From a virus, in the IMG/VR virus record IMGVR_UViG_3300032265_002113, positions 2,257-66,256 of that record: a DNA stretch of 64,000 nucleotides; one strand, written 5' to 3'. Positions 26,068 to 37,400 of this stretch are shown one piece after another. A program made the position numbers and the translations under genes. The notes under the pieces are model-generated. The model saw nothing but the letters and a program-made list of their open reading frames with translations. It was not told the origin of the DNA and searched no databases. Position 1 is the stretch's first letter; every line of letters starts with the position of its first letter.

Positions 26068-28142
26068 TGGCATCAAATACAAACATACAGGTAGCTAACT
26101 TAGATTTCTCGGATATTAAGAGAAATTTCATTACCTATTTGCAATCTCAAGATACATTCAAAGATTACAACTTCACAGGTTCAGCTCTTTCCACACTATT
26201 GGATGTTCTTGCATACAACACACAATACAATGCTTTCTATCTAAACATGGTTGCAAATGAAATGTTTTTAGATTCGGCGTTGCAGCGTTCTTCTGTTGTA
26301 TCTCATGCAAAATTAATGAATTATGTTCCAAAATCGGCAATTGGACCTATTGCAGAAATTAATCTAGTTTTTACTGGAGTAACAACTACAAACTTTACAA
26401 TTCCAAAATATACAAAGTTCCTTTCAGAACCTGTTAATGGAACAAATTATAATTATGTTACCACAACAGCTACAACAGTAAGCACGGTTGGGAATGTTGC
26501 AACATTCCCAGGTATTGAATTAAAACAAGGCAGTTTTTCATCATATAATTTTATCGTAAACTCTACAAATAATCCAAATTACATATATGAAATACCGGAT
26601 TCAAATGTTGATTTGTCTACAATAGAAGTATTAGTTCAAGAGTCTAGCACAAATAATTATTATGAAATTTATAATAGTGAAACAAGTTATTTGGAATTAA
26701 ATCCAACAAGCAAAGTATATTTTGTTCAAGAAGCTGTAAATGGAAATTATCAAATTTATTTTGGTGACGGTGTTTTAGGTAAACAATTGTCTGATGGAAA
26801 TATCGTAAGAGTTAACTATCTAACAACATTAGGAACTGCTGGTGGTTTGGCCAATAACTTTGTGTTAATGGATAATATTGGTTCTTATTCAACTGTAACC
26901 ATCAATCCAATTACACCAGCAACTCAAGGTACATCAAAAGAAACGGTAGCTTCTATTAAATTTCAAGCACCAAAAGCTTTTGCAGCACAAAGTCGCGCAG
27001 TAAGTAAAAATGATTATATTACAGCGGTTCAACAAAATTCTTTGGGCATTTCTTTTGATGCAGTATCTGTTTGGGGTGGAGAAGAAAATGTCCCAGTAGT
27101 TTATGGCCAAGTGTTTATCTCATTAAAACCAAAAGGTGCATATGATTTAACATTAACACAGAAGCAATTAATATTATCTCAAGTTATCAAACCAATCAGT
27201 ATGATGACCGTTGAACCTACGATTATTGATCCAGATTATACTTACATTCAACTTTCCGCAAATGTATTATATAATACAGCTCAAACCACTTTGTCTCCTG
27301 GAACGATGCAGGTTGGAATACAAAATGCTATTTACAATTATTCGGCAAACAATCTAAACACTTTTAATTCAACTTTTAGTTCATATGATGTTTTAACCAC
27401 AATAAACTCATATAATAAATCGATAGTATCTTCAGATTTTATTATAAATGTTCAGAAGAAGTTTTATCCCACATTAGGCACAGCAACATCTTACAATTTA
27501 TATTTCAATAGTTCACTAAAACGCGGTCTATATGGAACATCTTTAGTTAGTTATCCTAGTGTGACGATTACAAATCCAAGTAATACCGCAACAACATTGA
27601 GTGGTGTTTATTTTGAAGAAGTTCCAACATCAACTGTTGGTGTTGATTCTATTTCAGTATTAAATGGAGGTTATAATTATACAGACACTCCATCTGTGGT
27701 AATTACAGGTGACGGCACAGGTGCGACTGCTACTGCAAAAATTGTTAACAATAAACTCTATTCAGTCACCGTAACGAATGCTGGTGTAGGTTATACATCT
27801 GCACTAGCCACTATTGTACCCGCTGTTGGAGACACAACAGGCACAGGTGCATCAGTGCTGGTTCAGTTACAAGGACAATACGGAACAATCAGAAGTTATA
27901 TAAATGATACAATTAAAGGTAAAGTTATTATTTCTGCTAATGTTGGTACAATCGATTATACAAATGGTATTGTTGTACTAAGCAATTTTAACCCAATATC
28001 AGTTAATAATGATTTGGGTCAATTGACTATCTCATGTCAACCAACAACAACAATCATATCATCTTCATTAAATAGAATAATTACAATTGATCCATATGAT
28101 CCTGCAGCAGTAAGTGTTTCTGTTACAGCTAAGAAAAGTTAA
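26067..28142 (+). CDS. gp6: baseplate wedge subunit gp6
   Basis: LDF--IK, DYNF-GS-LS-LLDVLAYNT-YNA, E-FLDSA--R-SVVS-AK, FGDG-LG, Q-RAV---DY, WGGE. Confidence 0.93.
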   Translation: MASNTNIQVANLDFSDIKRNFITYLQSQDTFKDYNFTGSALSTLLDVLAYNTQYNAFYLNMVANEMFLDSALQRSSVVSHAKLMNYVPKSAIGPIAEINLVFTGVTTTNFTIPKYTKFLSEPVNGTNYNYVTTTATTVSTVGNVATFPGIELKQGSFSSYNFIVNSTNNPNYIYEIPDSNVDLSTIEVLVQESSTNNYYEIYNSETSYLELNPTSKVYFVQEAVNGNYQIYFGDGVLGKQLSDGNIVRVNYLTTLGTAGGLANNFVLMDNIGSYSTVTINPITPATQGTSKETVASIKFQAPKAFAAQSRAVSKNDYITAVQQNSLGISFDAVSVWGGEENVPVVYGQVFISLKPKGAYDLTLTQKQLILSQVIKPISMMTVEPTIIDPDYTYIQLSANVLYNTAQTTLSPGTMQVGIQNAIYNYSANNLNTFNSTFSSYDVLTTINSYNKSIVSSDFIINVQKKFYPTLGTATSYNLYFNSSLKRGLYGTSLVSYPSVTITNPSNTATTLSGVYFEEVPTSTVGVDSISVLNGGYNYTDTPSVVITGDGTGATATAKIVNNKLYSVTVTNAGVGYTSALATIVPAVGDTTGTGASVLVQLQGQYGTIRSYINDTIKGKVIISANVGTIDYTNGIVVLSNFNPISVNNDLGQLTISCQPTTTIISSSLNRIITIDPYDPAAVSVSVTAKKS

Positions 28143-28146
28143 TTAA

Positions 28147-31100
28147 ATGTTACAAAGTACCAATAAAACATCGTTACTGGTTCCTTTTCAACTTCCTAAA
28201 TTTATTAGTGAGGACCCAAACTATGCCAATTTTGTTCTATTCATACAGGCATACTACGAATGGTTAGAAGAACAAAATAACACTTTAGACTTCTCTAAGA
28301 ATCTTTTAAATTACATGGATGTGGATACAACCACAGACCAGTTTTTACAGTATTATATAAATGATTTTATGTCTTATTTTCCGCAAGACATATTAGCGGA
28401 TAAAAGAAAAGCAATCAAGATAGCAAAACAACTATATCAGAGTAAAGGTACACCGGCTTCATATAAGTTTTTGTTTAGAATACTTTACAATTCTGATGTG
28501 GAATTTTTCTACACCAAGGACGCTTTGTTAAAAGCTTCTTCTGGTAAATGGTATGTTCCTAGAAGTTTAAAATTGGCAACAAGTGATAAAAACTTTTTGG
28601 CAATTCAAAATCTTAGAGTATTTGGTAACATTTCAAAATCTATTGCAACAGTTGAAACTGCAATATTTGATGGTATTAAAACAGAAGTATTCATTTCAAA
28701 TGTAGAGAGATTGTTTCAGTCAGGAGAAACTGTTACTGTTGTTGACACAAATAATCAAACATTATATTTTCTAAATGGTGAAATAGTACCCGAAGGAACA
28801 GTAGGTTCAGAGTCTTTAACAGCATTGATTGTTGGTCAAATTAGTCAAATTAAAGTTGATCCAAACAATAGAGGATTATCTTATCAAACTGGTGATCCTG
28901 TTGTTTTTTATGGTGGTTTAAATTCAAACGTAGCTGGACCAGTTGGTGCAACAGCTTATGTTGAAGAAGTTACATCAGGTTCTGTTCAACGTATTGTTGT
29001 TGCAAATGAAGGTTATGGTTATACTACATCTACAGCAAATTTACAAATAGGTGGTGCAAACACTTATATACAATTTACAAACTTGGCAGGTACAAGTCCT
29101 CAAGCACCAATTGCGACAATTGGTTCTTTGGATCCAACAGGAATTGCAAATGTAACTTTTATTCCAACAGATAGTATACAACTAAAAAGATACCATTATC
29201 TTGGAAATATTGCAGGTAGTTCTGGTGCAAACACATATAATCCATCAACAGGACTTTGGACACAACAATCTTATCAATTTGCAAATAATATAAGTGCAAA
29301 TGCAAATACAACTTTAGCTAATGCTTTTTCATTTACAGGTTTTACAACGTATCCAATTGCATCTGTTATTGTGCAAAATCAAGGTGGCGGTTTAAGTTCA
29401 CCACCAACTGTACAAGCTATATCTGAGTACACGACAGATGTTTATTCACAAACAAACTTGGCTAATTTGGGTATTCTTGCACCAATTCAAATTGTTAAAG
29501 CAGGTTCAGGTTATGCAAACAATGACCAGATTGCAATCATTGGTGGTTCAGGTTACGGAGCGTTTGCAAATGTAACTGTAAATAGTTCAGGTTCAATCGT
29601 ATCTGCAACTTATGTAAGTAACTCAACAAACAGAATTTCTTTAGGTGGTATGGGTTATATGAACTCACTACCTATTGCTGTAGTTAAACGGACAGCTAAT
29701 GGAAATGTAACAGTAAGTACAACTAGTTCAGTAGTTACCGGTAACGGAACAAACTTCACTACACAGTTTAGTAATGGTGCTTTGCTCGTAACAAATACAA
29801 ATATTGTAATTGGAACGGTTCAATCTGTTGTAAATGCAAACTCAATGATACTTACTGCAAATTCAAAAATCAATGGAAATGCAAATTCATATTATCTTGG
29901 AACTGCACAATTATCTGTACCGGGAATATTAGGCACAGGTGCAACATTCTCACAAACACTAAATCGCGTTGGTTCAATTACATCATTCAATATTGTAGAA
30001 AATGGCCAAGATTATGTTAGCGCACCTAAAGTATCTTTAAAAGTCCAAGATTTAGTTGTTTCAAATGTTTCCACATTAAGTATTCCTGTAGCAGGAGACA
30101 TAATCTATCAAGGTGCGAATGTTAATACTGCCACATATATTGCTTCGGTGGATTCAATCAATGCTTTGCAAAATTATGTTCCCGCGAACAACAGTATATA
30201 CCAATTAAGAGTATACAACTATAATTCAGTACCTAAAAAATCTCTACCATTGAAGATTGATGCCAGAGGTGCTGCACTTTCTTTAGTTGGCGGTTATACA
30301 ACTGTACATAATACATCATTTGATAATAGTGTAAATAATACAAGATTTGATTCTGCAAATGGTGTAATTACATATGGTGATGGTTATGCAAAGGCAAATG
30401 CAACTTTCTTGAATGGTCTAGTTATTGGAAATGGCCAATATTTGGATACTACTGGTCAACCAAGTGCTTTCGATGTATTGCAAAGTGTAGATTACAATAA
30501 CTACACATATCAAATAACTCTTTCAAAAGAGATTGAAAAATATCGTAGTGTTTTATTGAATCTATTACATCCATCTGGAACAAGAGTTATTGGCCGAATC
30601 GCAATGCGTTCAAGTAATAACATGAACTTTATTGTTAATGATGCTTTAGACAGAGGTTATCAATTAAGTTACTATGTTGGAAATGCTGCAACAGTTTCAA
30701 TTTCGGCAGGTAATGCAACAACTCCAAGTAATAACATTGTTACCTTTAATAATCTATATGGTGCAAATATTGCCAATTTTCTTACTGCCAACACTACAGA
30801 AATTGTATTTACTTACGGAACAGGAATCAATGATTCAGTTCATGGTTTAGTTTCTAAAATAAATTATGCAGCCAATACTATAACATTAGAAGATAATGTT
30901 TGGACATATTTTGCCAATGTAGCTGTAGGTACTGCATCAAACGGTAATAACCAGATAATAAATATAACATCATTGACCTACAGTTATAACATAGTCAATA
31001 ATGGTTCTTATAGTAATACTGCATACCCTATATTAGATATTATTCGTGTTGGTGATACGATTACAGTTAATGGAGTAGCTCAGACAGTAACATCATTTAC

Positions 31101-31302
31101 TTCACCTTATACTTCTGTTAATTTGAGTGGTCCTCTGACAAGTGGTGCAAACGGATACATTTCTGTTAGTAGAACTATTACTTCTCTTTATGATAATGTA
31201 CAAATTATTGGACCAGTAGGAACACAGTATCTTGGACAACTAGGAACAGAAAACGGCAATATATTAACTTCAGAAACAGGCGCATGGCTTCTAATAGGAT
31301 AA
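28147..31302 (+). CDS. gp7: baseplate wedge initiator gp7-like
   Basis: QLP-F----Y--FV-F--AYYEWLE, Y-SKGT--S--FLFR-L, HPSG; follows gp6. Confidence 0.8.
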   Translation: MLQSTNKTSLLVPFQLPKFISEDPNYANFVLFIQAYYEWLEEQNNTLDFSKNLLNYMDVDTTTDQFLQYYINDFMSYFPQDILADKRKAIKIAKQLYQSKGTPASYKFLFRILYNSDVEFFYTKDALLKASSGKWYVPRSLKLATSDKNFLAIQNLRVFGNISKSIATVETAIFDGIKTEVFISNVERLFQSGETVTVVDTNNQTLYFLNGEIVPEGTVGSESLTALIVGQISQIKVDPNNRGLSYQTGDPVVFYGGLNSNVAGPVGATAYVEEVTSGSVQRIVVANEGYGYTTSTANLQIGGANTYIQFTNLAGTSPQAPIATIGSLDPTGIANVTFIPTDSIQLKRYHYLGNIAGSSGANTYNPSTGLWTQQSYQFANNISANANTTLANAFSFTGFTTYPIASVIVQNQGGGLSSPPTVQAISEYTTDVYSQTNLANLGILAPIQIVKAGSGYANNDQIAIIGGSGYGAFANVTVNSSGSIVSATYVSNSTNRISLGGMGYMNSLPIAVVKRTANGNVTVSTTSSVVTGNGTNFTTQFSNGALLVTNTNIVIGTVQSVVNANSMILTANSKINGNANSYYLGTAQLSVPGILGTGATFSQTLNRVGSITSFNIVENGQDYVSAPKVSLKVQDLVVSNVSTLSIPVAGDIIYQGANVNTATYIASVDSINALQNYVPANNSIYQLRVYNYNSVPKKSLPLKIDARGAALSLVGGYTTVHNTSFDNSVNNTRFDSANGVITYGDGYAKANATFLNGLVIGNGQYLDTTGQPSAFDVLQSVDYNNYTYQITLSKEIEKYRSVLLNLLHPSGTRVIGRIAMRSSNNMNFIVNDALDRGYQLSYYVGNAATVSISAGNATTPSNNIVTFNNLYGANIANFLTANTTEIVFTYGTGINDSVHGLVSKINYAANTITLEDNVWTYFANVAVGTASNGNNQIINITSLTYSYNIVNNGSYSNTAYPILDIIRVGDTITVNGVAQTVTSFTSPYTSVNLSGPLTSGANGYISVSRTITSLYDNVQIIGPVGTQYLGQLGTENGNILTSETGAWLLIG

Positions 31303-31305
31303 AAA

Positions 31306-32964
31306 ATGTCAACAATTAAAATCTCAGAATTACCTAAATTTACAATAATCAATGCAAATACATCAAACACCTTGTTTGTTGGTGTTGATATACCATCTGC
31401 ACAAACATTCCAGTTTTCTGCTGGAACATTAGCAGCCGGTCTTTATGCAAACACCGCATTGGTTGTAGGTAACAATACGACACTTTTACCTAATACGATT
31501 GCACAGTTTTCATTGGCTGGAGAATCATATGTACAAACCAACTTTGTTAATTTGAGTGGTGGTGGTACAGCGGACCATGTTATTACTGCAAACAACGGTA
31601 CAGATTCTACATATTTCTTAGATTTAGGATTGGCAAATCCAGGTTATCAACCAGGTTCAGAATTCAATAACATTGGAACTGCTGTTGCTCCTTTAGATGG
31701 TTATCTGTATGTTCAAGGTGGATCAACCGCAGGTTTTCTTGGTGGTAATTTGATTATTGGCACTACAACAGCAAATACAGAAACTAGATTTATGGTTTCT
31801 GGTGGAACATCATCTAATGTTATTGCTAAGATGACTTCTACCGGTTTCAAGATGGTCAATGGAAATCAAATTTTCTTCTCAGACGGAACTTCACAGAATA
31901 CCGCGGCCGCTTCAAATGCATACTCGCAAGCAGCTTTCAGTAAAGCAAACAACGCACTGGCAAATACAACAGGTACTTTTGCAGGCTCTTTAACATTTAC
32001 GGGTGGAATTACTGCCAATTCAAGTAATATTGGTAATCTAACACTTGCAAACAATGCAATATATTCCACTGCAACCAGTGTTGATATGGTTATTGGTCAA
32101 TCAATAGCAACTGCAAATTTGGTTATCAATCGTACAACAAACATTACCAAAGATATTAATATAACTGGTAATTTAGTAACTAACGGAACACTAATTGATT
32201 TCAACAACACAACTTTTGATCCAAATACGGCTTTTGTACAAATAACAGGAGCAAATACAGCCTATCCTGCATCAAATACAAATTATATGTTGCAAATTAC
32301 AGGTAAAGCGAATTCAACAACACGCTTAGTATTAGATAGTTTTGGTGCAGCTACTTATCCGGTAGTTATTGGTCGAATGGCTCGAGGTTCTTCTGCATCA
32401 CCAGCGGCAACTTCAAACAATGACATTATGATGAGAATTGTTGGCAATGGTTTCACAGGAACACAATTTCCTGGATCCAGTCCAACAAAAATTGACTTTG
32501 TTGCATCTGAAAATTTCACTGATTCTGCAAGAGGAACTCGTATTGAATTTTATAATACACCGGTTGGTTCAAATACAATTCAAAGAATCGCGTCATTTAA
32601 TGCAGATTCTGTAACTTTTACAGGCCGTGTTGAACCGCAAAAAGGTTTCATTTACACTCCAACAATATATCCTGGTGCTCAAACCGCAATAACAATTGAT
32701 TTTGCAAATAATTCTCTTGTTAGGGCTCAAACAGCCACAGGTTTAGTTGTTACTCTATCTAATTTATTAGCAGGTAAAGAAGTTGTTGCATGGATTACAA
32801 ACACAGCTGGAACAAACCAAACATTCACAACCGGTGTACCAGCATTAAATTCAACATTAAATGCAACAACATATAATATTCCAGGAACATCAACCATTTT
32901 AGCTAGATATATGTCAATAGATGGTACCGTGCAAAATACTTTCTGTTCTGTCACACACGCTTAA
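31306..32964 (+). CDS. baseplate-associated fibre-like protein
   Basis: KISELP N-terminus; F-DGT-Q-TAA and ANNA segments; inserted between gp7 and gp8. Confidence 0.65.
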   Translation: MSTIKISELPKFTIINANTSNTLFVGVDIPSAQTFQFSAGTLAAGLYANTALVVGNNTTLLPNTIAQFSLAGESYVQTNFVNLSGGGTADHVITANNGTDSTYFLDLGLANPGYQPGSEFNNIGTAVAPLDGYLYVQGGSTAGFLGGNLIIGTTTANTETRFMVSGGTSSNVIAKMTSTGFKMVNGNQIFFSDGTSQNTAAASNAYSQAAFSKANNALANTTGTFAGSLTFTGGITANSSNIGNLTLANNAIYSTATSVDMVIGQSIATANLVINRTTNITKDINITGNLVTNGTLIDFNNTTFDPNTAFVQITGANTAYPASNTNYMLQITGKANSTTRLVLDSFGAATYPVVIGRMARGSSASPAATSNNDIMMRIVGNGFTGTQFPGSSPTKIDFVASENFTDSARGTRIEFYNTPVGSNTIQRIASFNADSVTFTGRVEPQKGFIYTPTIYPGAQTAITIDFANNSLVRAQTATGLVVTLSNLLAGKEVVAWITNTAGTNQTFTTGVPALNSTLNATTYNIPGTSTILARYMSIDGTVQNTFCSVTHA

Positions 32965-32974
32965 TAAATAAATC

Positions 32975-34399
32975 ATGGCATCAAATCTAAACATTCTCAC
33001 AAATCAAGCAAAAGTAATCAGAGTTGAGACGGATTATTACAATCCAACAGTCAAACTCAATGGTGCTTCGATTAATTCCATATATGCTTTTATTGGCCAA
33101 GAAGATCCATGGCCAACAGTAAGTTCAAATGAAACTCCAACACAACCAACGGAAGACCAGACATATCTGAAAAAAATCTTCAAAAATATGTTTGGAGCAA
33201 AATTAATTAACTCTAGTAACATTTCACCTGTTATCCAAAGAATTAATTGGGCAAATAATACCAACTTCTTTGCATATTCTGATTCAGTAAATATGAATGC
33301 AAAAGATGCCAATGGATTTCCACTTTATAATTTTTATGTAAAGAACCGTTACGACCAAGTTTTCAAATGCCTTGCAAACAATAACGGAGGATTATCAACT
33401 TCGGAACCATATTTCCAACCAGGTTCTTATGGCACAAATAACATTTATCAAGGTGATGACTTTTATAAATGGAAATATATGTACACCATCGATGCAGGTC
33501 TCAAGAAAAACTTCTTGGATACTGATTGGATGCCTGTCCCAATTGGTGCAAACACACCTCAACCATACTTGACTACTGCTGGATGTGGAGACATTGAGGT
33601 AATCAATGTGACTAATGGAGGATCAGGTTATGATGCAGTTAACACATTTATCGTTGTTACTGTTACAGGAGATGGCACAGGAACCATTGCGAATGTAACC
33701 AGTTCACAAATAGTGGCTGGCGTAATTAAAGATGTTGTAGTTAAAGCCGGTTTTGCGGGAAATAACTATACCTATGCAAATGTTTCAATCAAAGCATATA
33801 CTTCAGCAAACTTAACTTATATTTCACCTTTGGGTTCTGGTGCAATCGCTGTAGCTCCAATTTCTCCAGTTGGTGGTCATGCATATGATCCAATCTCAGA
33901 ACTAGGTTGCAATCATGTTATGTATTCAGTTGAATTCAATGGTTCTGAAGGTGGTGTTTTGCCAACAACAGGTGTAAATTATCGTCAAGTTGGACTTCTT
34001 GTTAATCCACAAGTATATGGAATCTCCGGTCCTCTACTTGCTAATGGAGCAATTTATAACACTTCGACACAATTTTTAGTTTCTGCCGGTGCAGGAAATG
34101 TATATACTTCTGATGAGGTTGTACAACAATTCGACAATAATGGAAATGTTACATATTACGGAACTGTTTTAAATTTTAACACTTCAAGCAATTTATTACA
34201 GTTGATAAATACAAATGGAACATACACAGTTGGTCAATCAATTATTGGTTCTTCTTCTGGTGCATCAAGGGTAGTTTTCTCTGTAACTCCACCGTCACTT
34301 ATTCCATTTTCAGGATATATAACATATGTTGAGAATCGTGTCGGCGTTCAGAGAAGTAGTGATGGCATCGAGCAATTTAAATTTGTACTAGGATACTAA
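32975..34399 (+). CDS. gp8: baseplate wedge subunit gp8
   Basis: R-NW, FYV-N---VFKCL-N, D-YKWKYMYTI, P-GGH--DP--ELG, Y-ENR. Confidence 0.88.
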   Translation: MASNLNILTNQAKVIRVETDYYNPTVKLNGASINSIYAFIGQEDPWPTVSSNETPTQPTEDQTYLKKIFKNMFGAKLINSSNISPVIQRINWANNTNFFAYSDSVNMNAKDANGFPLYNFYVKNRYDQVFKCLANNNGGLSTSEPYFQPGSYGTNNIYQGDDFYKWKYMYTIDAGLKKNFLDTDWMPVPIGANTPQPYLTTAGCGDIEVINVTNGGSGYDAVNTFIVVTVTGDGTGTIANVTSSQIVAGVIKDVVVKAGFAGNNYTYANVSIKAYTSANLTYISPLGSGAIAVAPISPVGGHAYDPISELGCNHVMYSVEFNGSEGGVLPTTGVNYRQVGLLVNPQVYGISGPLLANGAIYNTSTQFLVSAGAGNVYTSDEVVQQFDNNGNVTYYGTVLNFNTSSNLLQLINTNGTYTVGQSIIGSSSGASRVVFSVTPPSLIPFSGYITYVENRVGVQRSSDGIEQFKFVLGY

Positions 34400-34408
34400 A
34401 GGAAAAAA

Positions 34409-37400
34409 ATGTCTTTAAATTTCAATGTTGGTCCATATTTTGACGATTTTGACCCATCAAAAAACTTCCATCGTATACTATTTAAACCGGGTTATGCGGT
34501 TCAAGCTCGCGAATTAACACAATCACAAACAATTCTACAGAATCAAATTTCTGAATTTGCTTCCGCAATTTATTCTACAAATACACCAGTTTCTGGTGGC
34601 CAAGTCACAATTAATCAAAATTGTTATTTTATTAAATTGAATACCACTTACAATGGTGTTACAGTAACTGCTCAAAATTTTGCAGGACAAATTATTCAAG
34701 ATACAACAGGAACAATTCTTGCTAGAGTTATTGCTACGGCTGAAACAACAACCAGTGGTTCTACAGTTGGTGACCCACCAACATTGATTGTTTCTTATCT
34801 TTCAGGTGCCCAATTTACTGATGGTAGTGTTATTACAACAACCACAGGTGCAACATACTACGCTTCTGTGGCTACTTCCACAAGTACGGTTGTTAATGGA
34901 GTAACAACAACTTCACCTTCTACAGGTTTATCATCAACCGCTTCTATTGCAAATGGTGTCTTTTATGTTGTTAATGGATATTCCATTTCAAACAGTACAG
35001 GAGTCCAATATTCAATAGGTAATTTTGTTGATGTAAATCCACAAACAATCATTTTGGACAAGTATGATAACATACCTTCTTATCGTGTTGGTTTGCAAAT
35101 CACAGAAACAATTTACGATTATATAAACGATTCTTCTTTATTGGATCCTGCTATTGGTGCTTCCAACTATCAAGCACCAGGTGCAGACAGATATGTTATT
35201 ACATTAACATTGGTTACATTGCCTTTAACTTTGGGTAATGATGACAATTTCATTGAGTTAGTTCGTATTCAAAATGGTAACATCTTAAAACAAGTTGATG
35301 GTACAGTATATTCCACTATCGATGATTACTTTGCTAAACGCGATTATGAAACAAACGGCGATTATATTGTCAATGATTTCAAACTAACACCATCCGCAAA
35401 TTCAACATCAAATGCAACATATGATTTAAGTATCAGTAAAGGTATTGCATATGTTCATGGTTACAGAGTGGAAAACCAATCCGATATTAAATTAACAAAC
35501 ACAAGAGCTCAAGATGTTGCAAATATCAGCAATAATCCAGTTTATGCAGATTACGGAAATTATTTTGTTGTAGATACTTCGAATGGTATTTTTGATATTT
35601 CTACAATGCCTCAAGTTGATTTGCACTGCGTACCTGCAGCTAATATTGTTTCAACAAATACCACAACCTATTCATCAACAGTTGTTGGTACCGCATTTAT
35701 GCGAAACATAACATATGCCTCAGGTACTGGAACAACTACTAAAAATTATGTTTACAATGCATATATTTCAGATTTTTCTGCAAATACATTATCTGGAAAT
35801 GTTACTTCCGGTACTGCAACAACATTCACAATTAACGATACCAATGGTTCATTCTCAGCCACCTCTAACGCCTATTTCAATGTAACTGTTAGTATGAACA
35901 CTGGTGGTATTATCGATTTAAGAAATATCACAAGTTATAACGGCGCTTCTAAAGTGGTGAATGTCAGTTCTCCATTTACCGTAACACCGACATCAACATC
36001 AACCTTCTCTTTGATATATCAGAATTATGATGTTGAATCTATTGTTAAGACTGCTGGTTCTGGTTCATATGCATTGACGGCAAATGTGAATATAAATGCA
36101 GCTGGAGGTAAAGTTAATGGACTTGCAAATACAGATACAATATTGTATTCACAAGTTGCACCTGAAATGATATTCAAAATTGGTTATCCATATGTTGCAC
36201 AATTAACCACCACATCTTACTTTACACAAAGTGTATATCGTCAGAAAACATTCACAGGTAACACATTAACACTACAAGCAACATCAGGTAACGCAAGTAA
36301 TCCATTGAGATTTGAAGGAACAAGCACACTATCAAGTTCTGCTGCTCAACAGTTATTCATGGTTATAGATAATGCAACAGGTAATATTTTAGATTTTACT
36401 AGTTCAGGCAATACAATTTCAATTTCTTCTGATAAAACTCAAGCAACATTTACAGTTGGTTCTGGTGTAGGTACAAACAAAAATGTCACAATTATTGCAC
36501 AAGTTCAAGCAAGCAGTGGTGATTCTTCGAGTTATGTTCTGAAATCTAAGTCTCTGGTTACAGGCAATACCATAACCGTTGGTACACTTGCGGCAGTTTC
36601 TGGAACAAATTCATATCAAGACCTAACAAAAGGTCAAATTACAATCAGTAAAACAGACTTTACAGTATCTGGCAAAATGTCATTGTATGTAAATGACGTT
36701 AAGAAAATTACTAAAATTGTTGATTCGGGTGTTGCTGGTACAAACCCAACCGGTGCATTATCAAATTATACTGATGTTACTAACTATTATACATTAGATA
36801 ATGGCCAAAGAGATAATTATTATGACCATGCATCCATTTCATTGGTTGCTGGTGCGCCACCACCTACAGGAAATATTCTTGTTGTTGTAGATTATTATTC
36901 ACACACACAGGCTTCTTCGGGTGATGGATATTTCAGTATTCAATCATACAATACTTCAGGTTCAACGTATGGTGGTGTGTCGAGTTCAGCTGAAGCATAT
37001 GCACAAATTGGAACTTACACTGCTAAAAGTGGTATACAATATCCATTAAGAGATTGTATCGATTTTAGGCCTTGTCGTGTCAATGGTCAGACTGCATATA
37101 TTTGGGAATATTCAGGTACACAATCTTCTACCAACGATATTGGTATGTTGATACCTAATAATCTATCAAACTTTACAGGTTTCTATCAATACTATTTGGG
37201 TAGAAAAGACAAATTAGTATTAACAAAAGATAAAAGCTTTAACATAATTAAAGGTACACCTTCTGTTAATCCTTTATTGCCAAATGAACCATCAGGTTCT
37301 ATGATAATTGCAAATTTAATTCATGACCCATACACAGCTTATGTGCCAGGTGAAGGAACGCCAGGTGTTCCATCAAACTTATCTGTCAATAAAATTATTC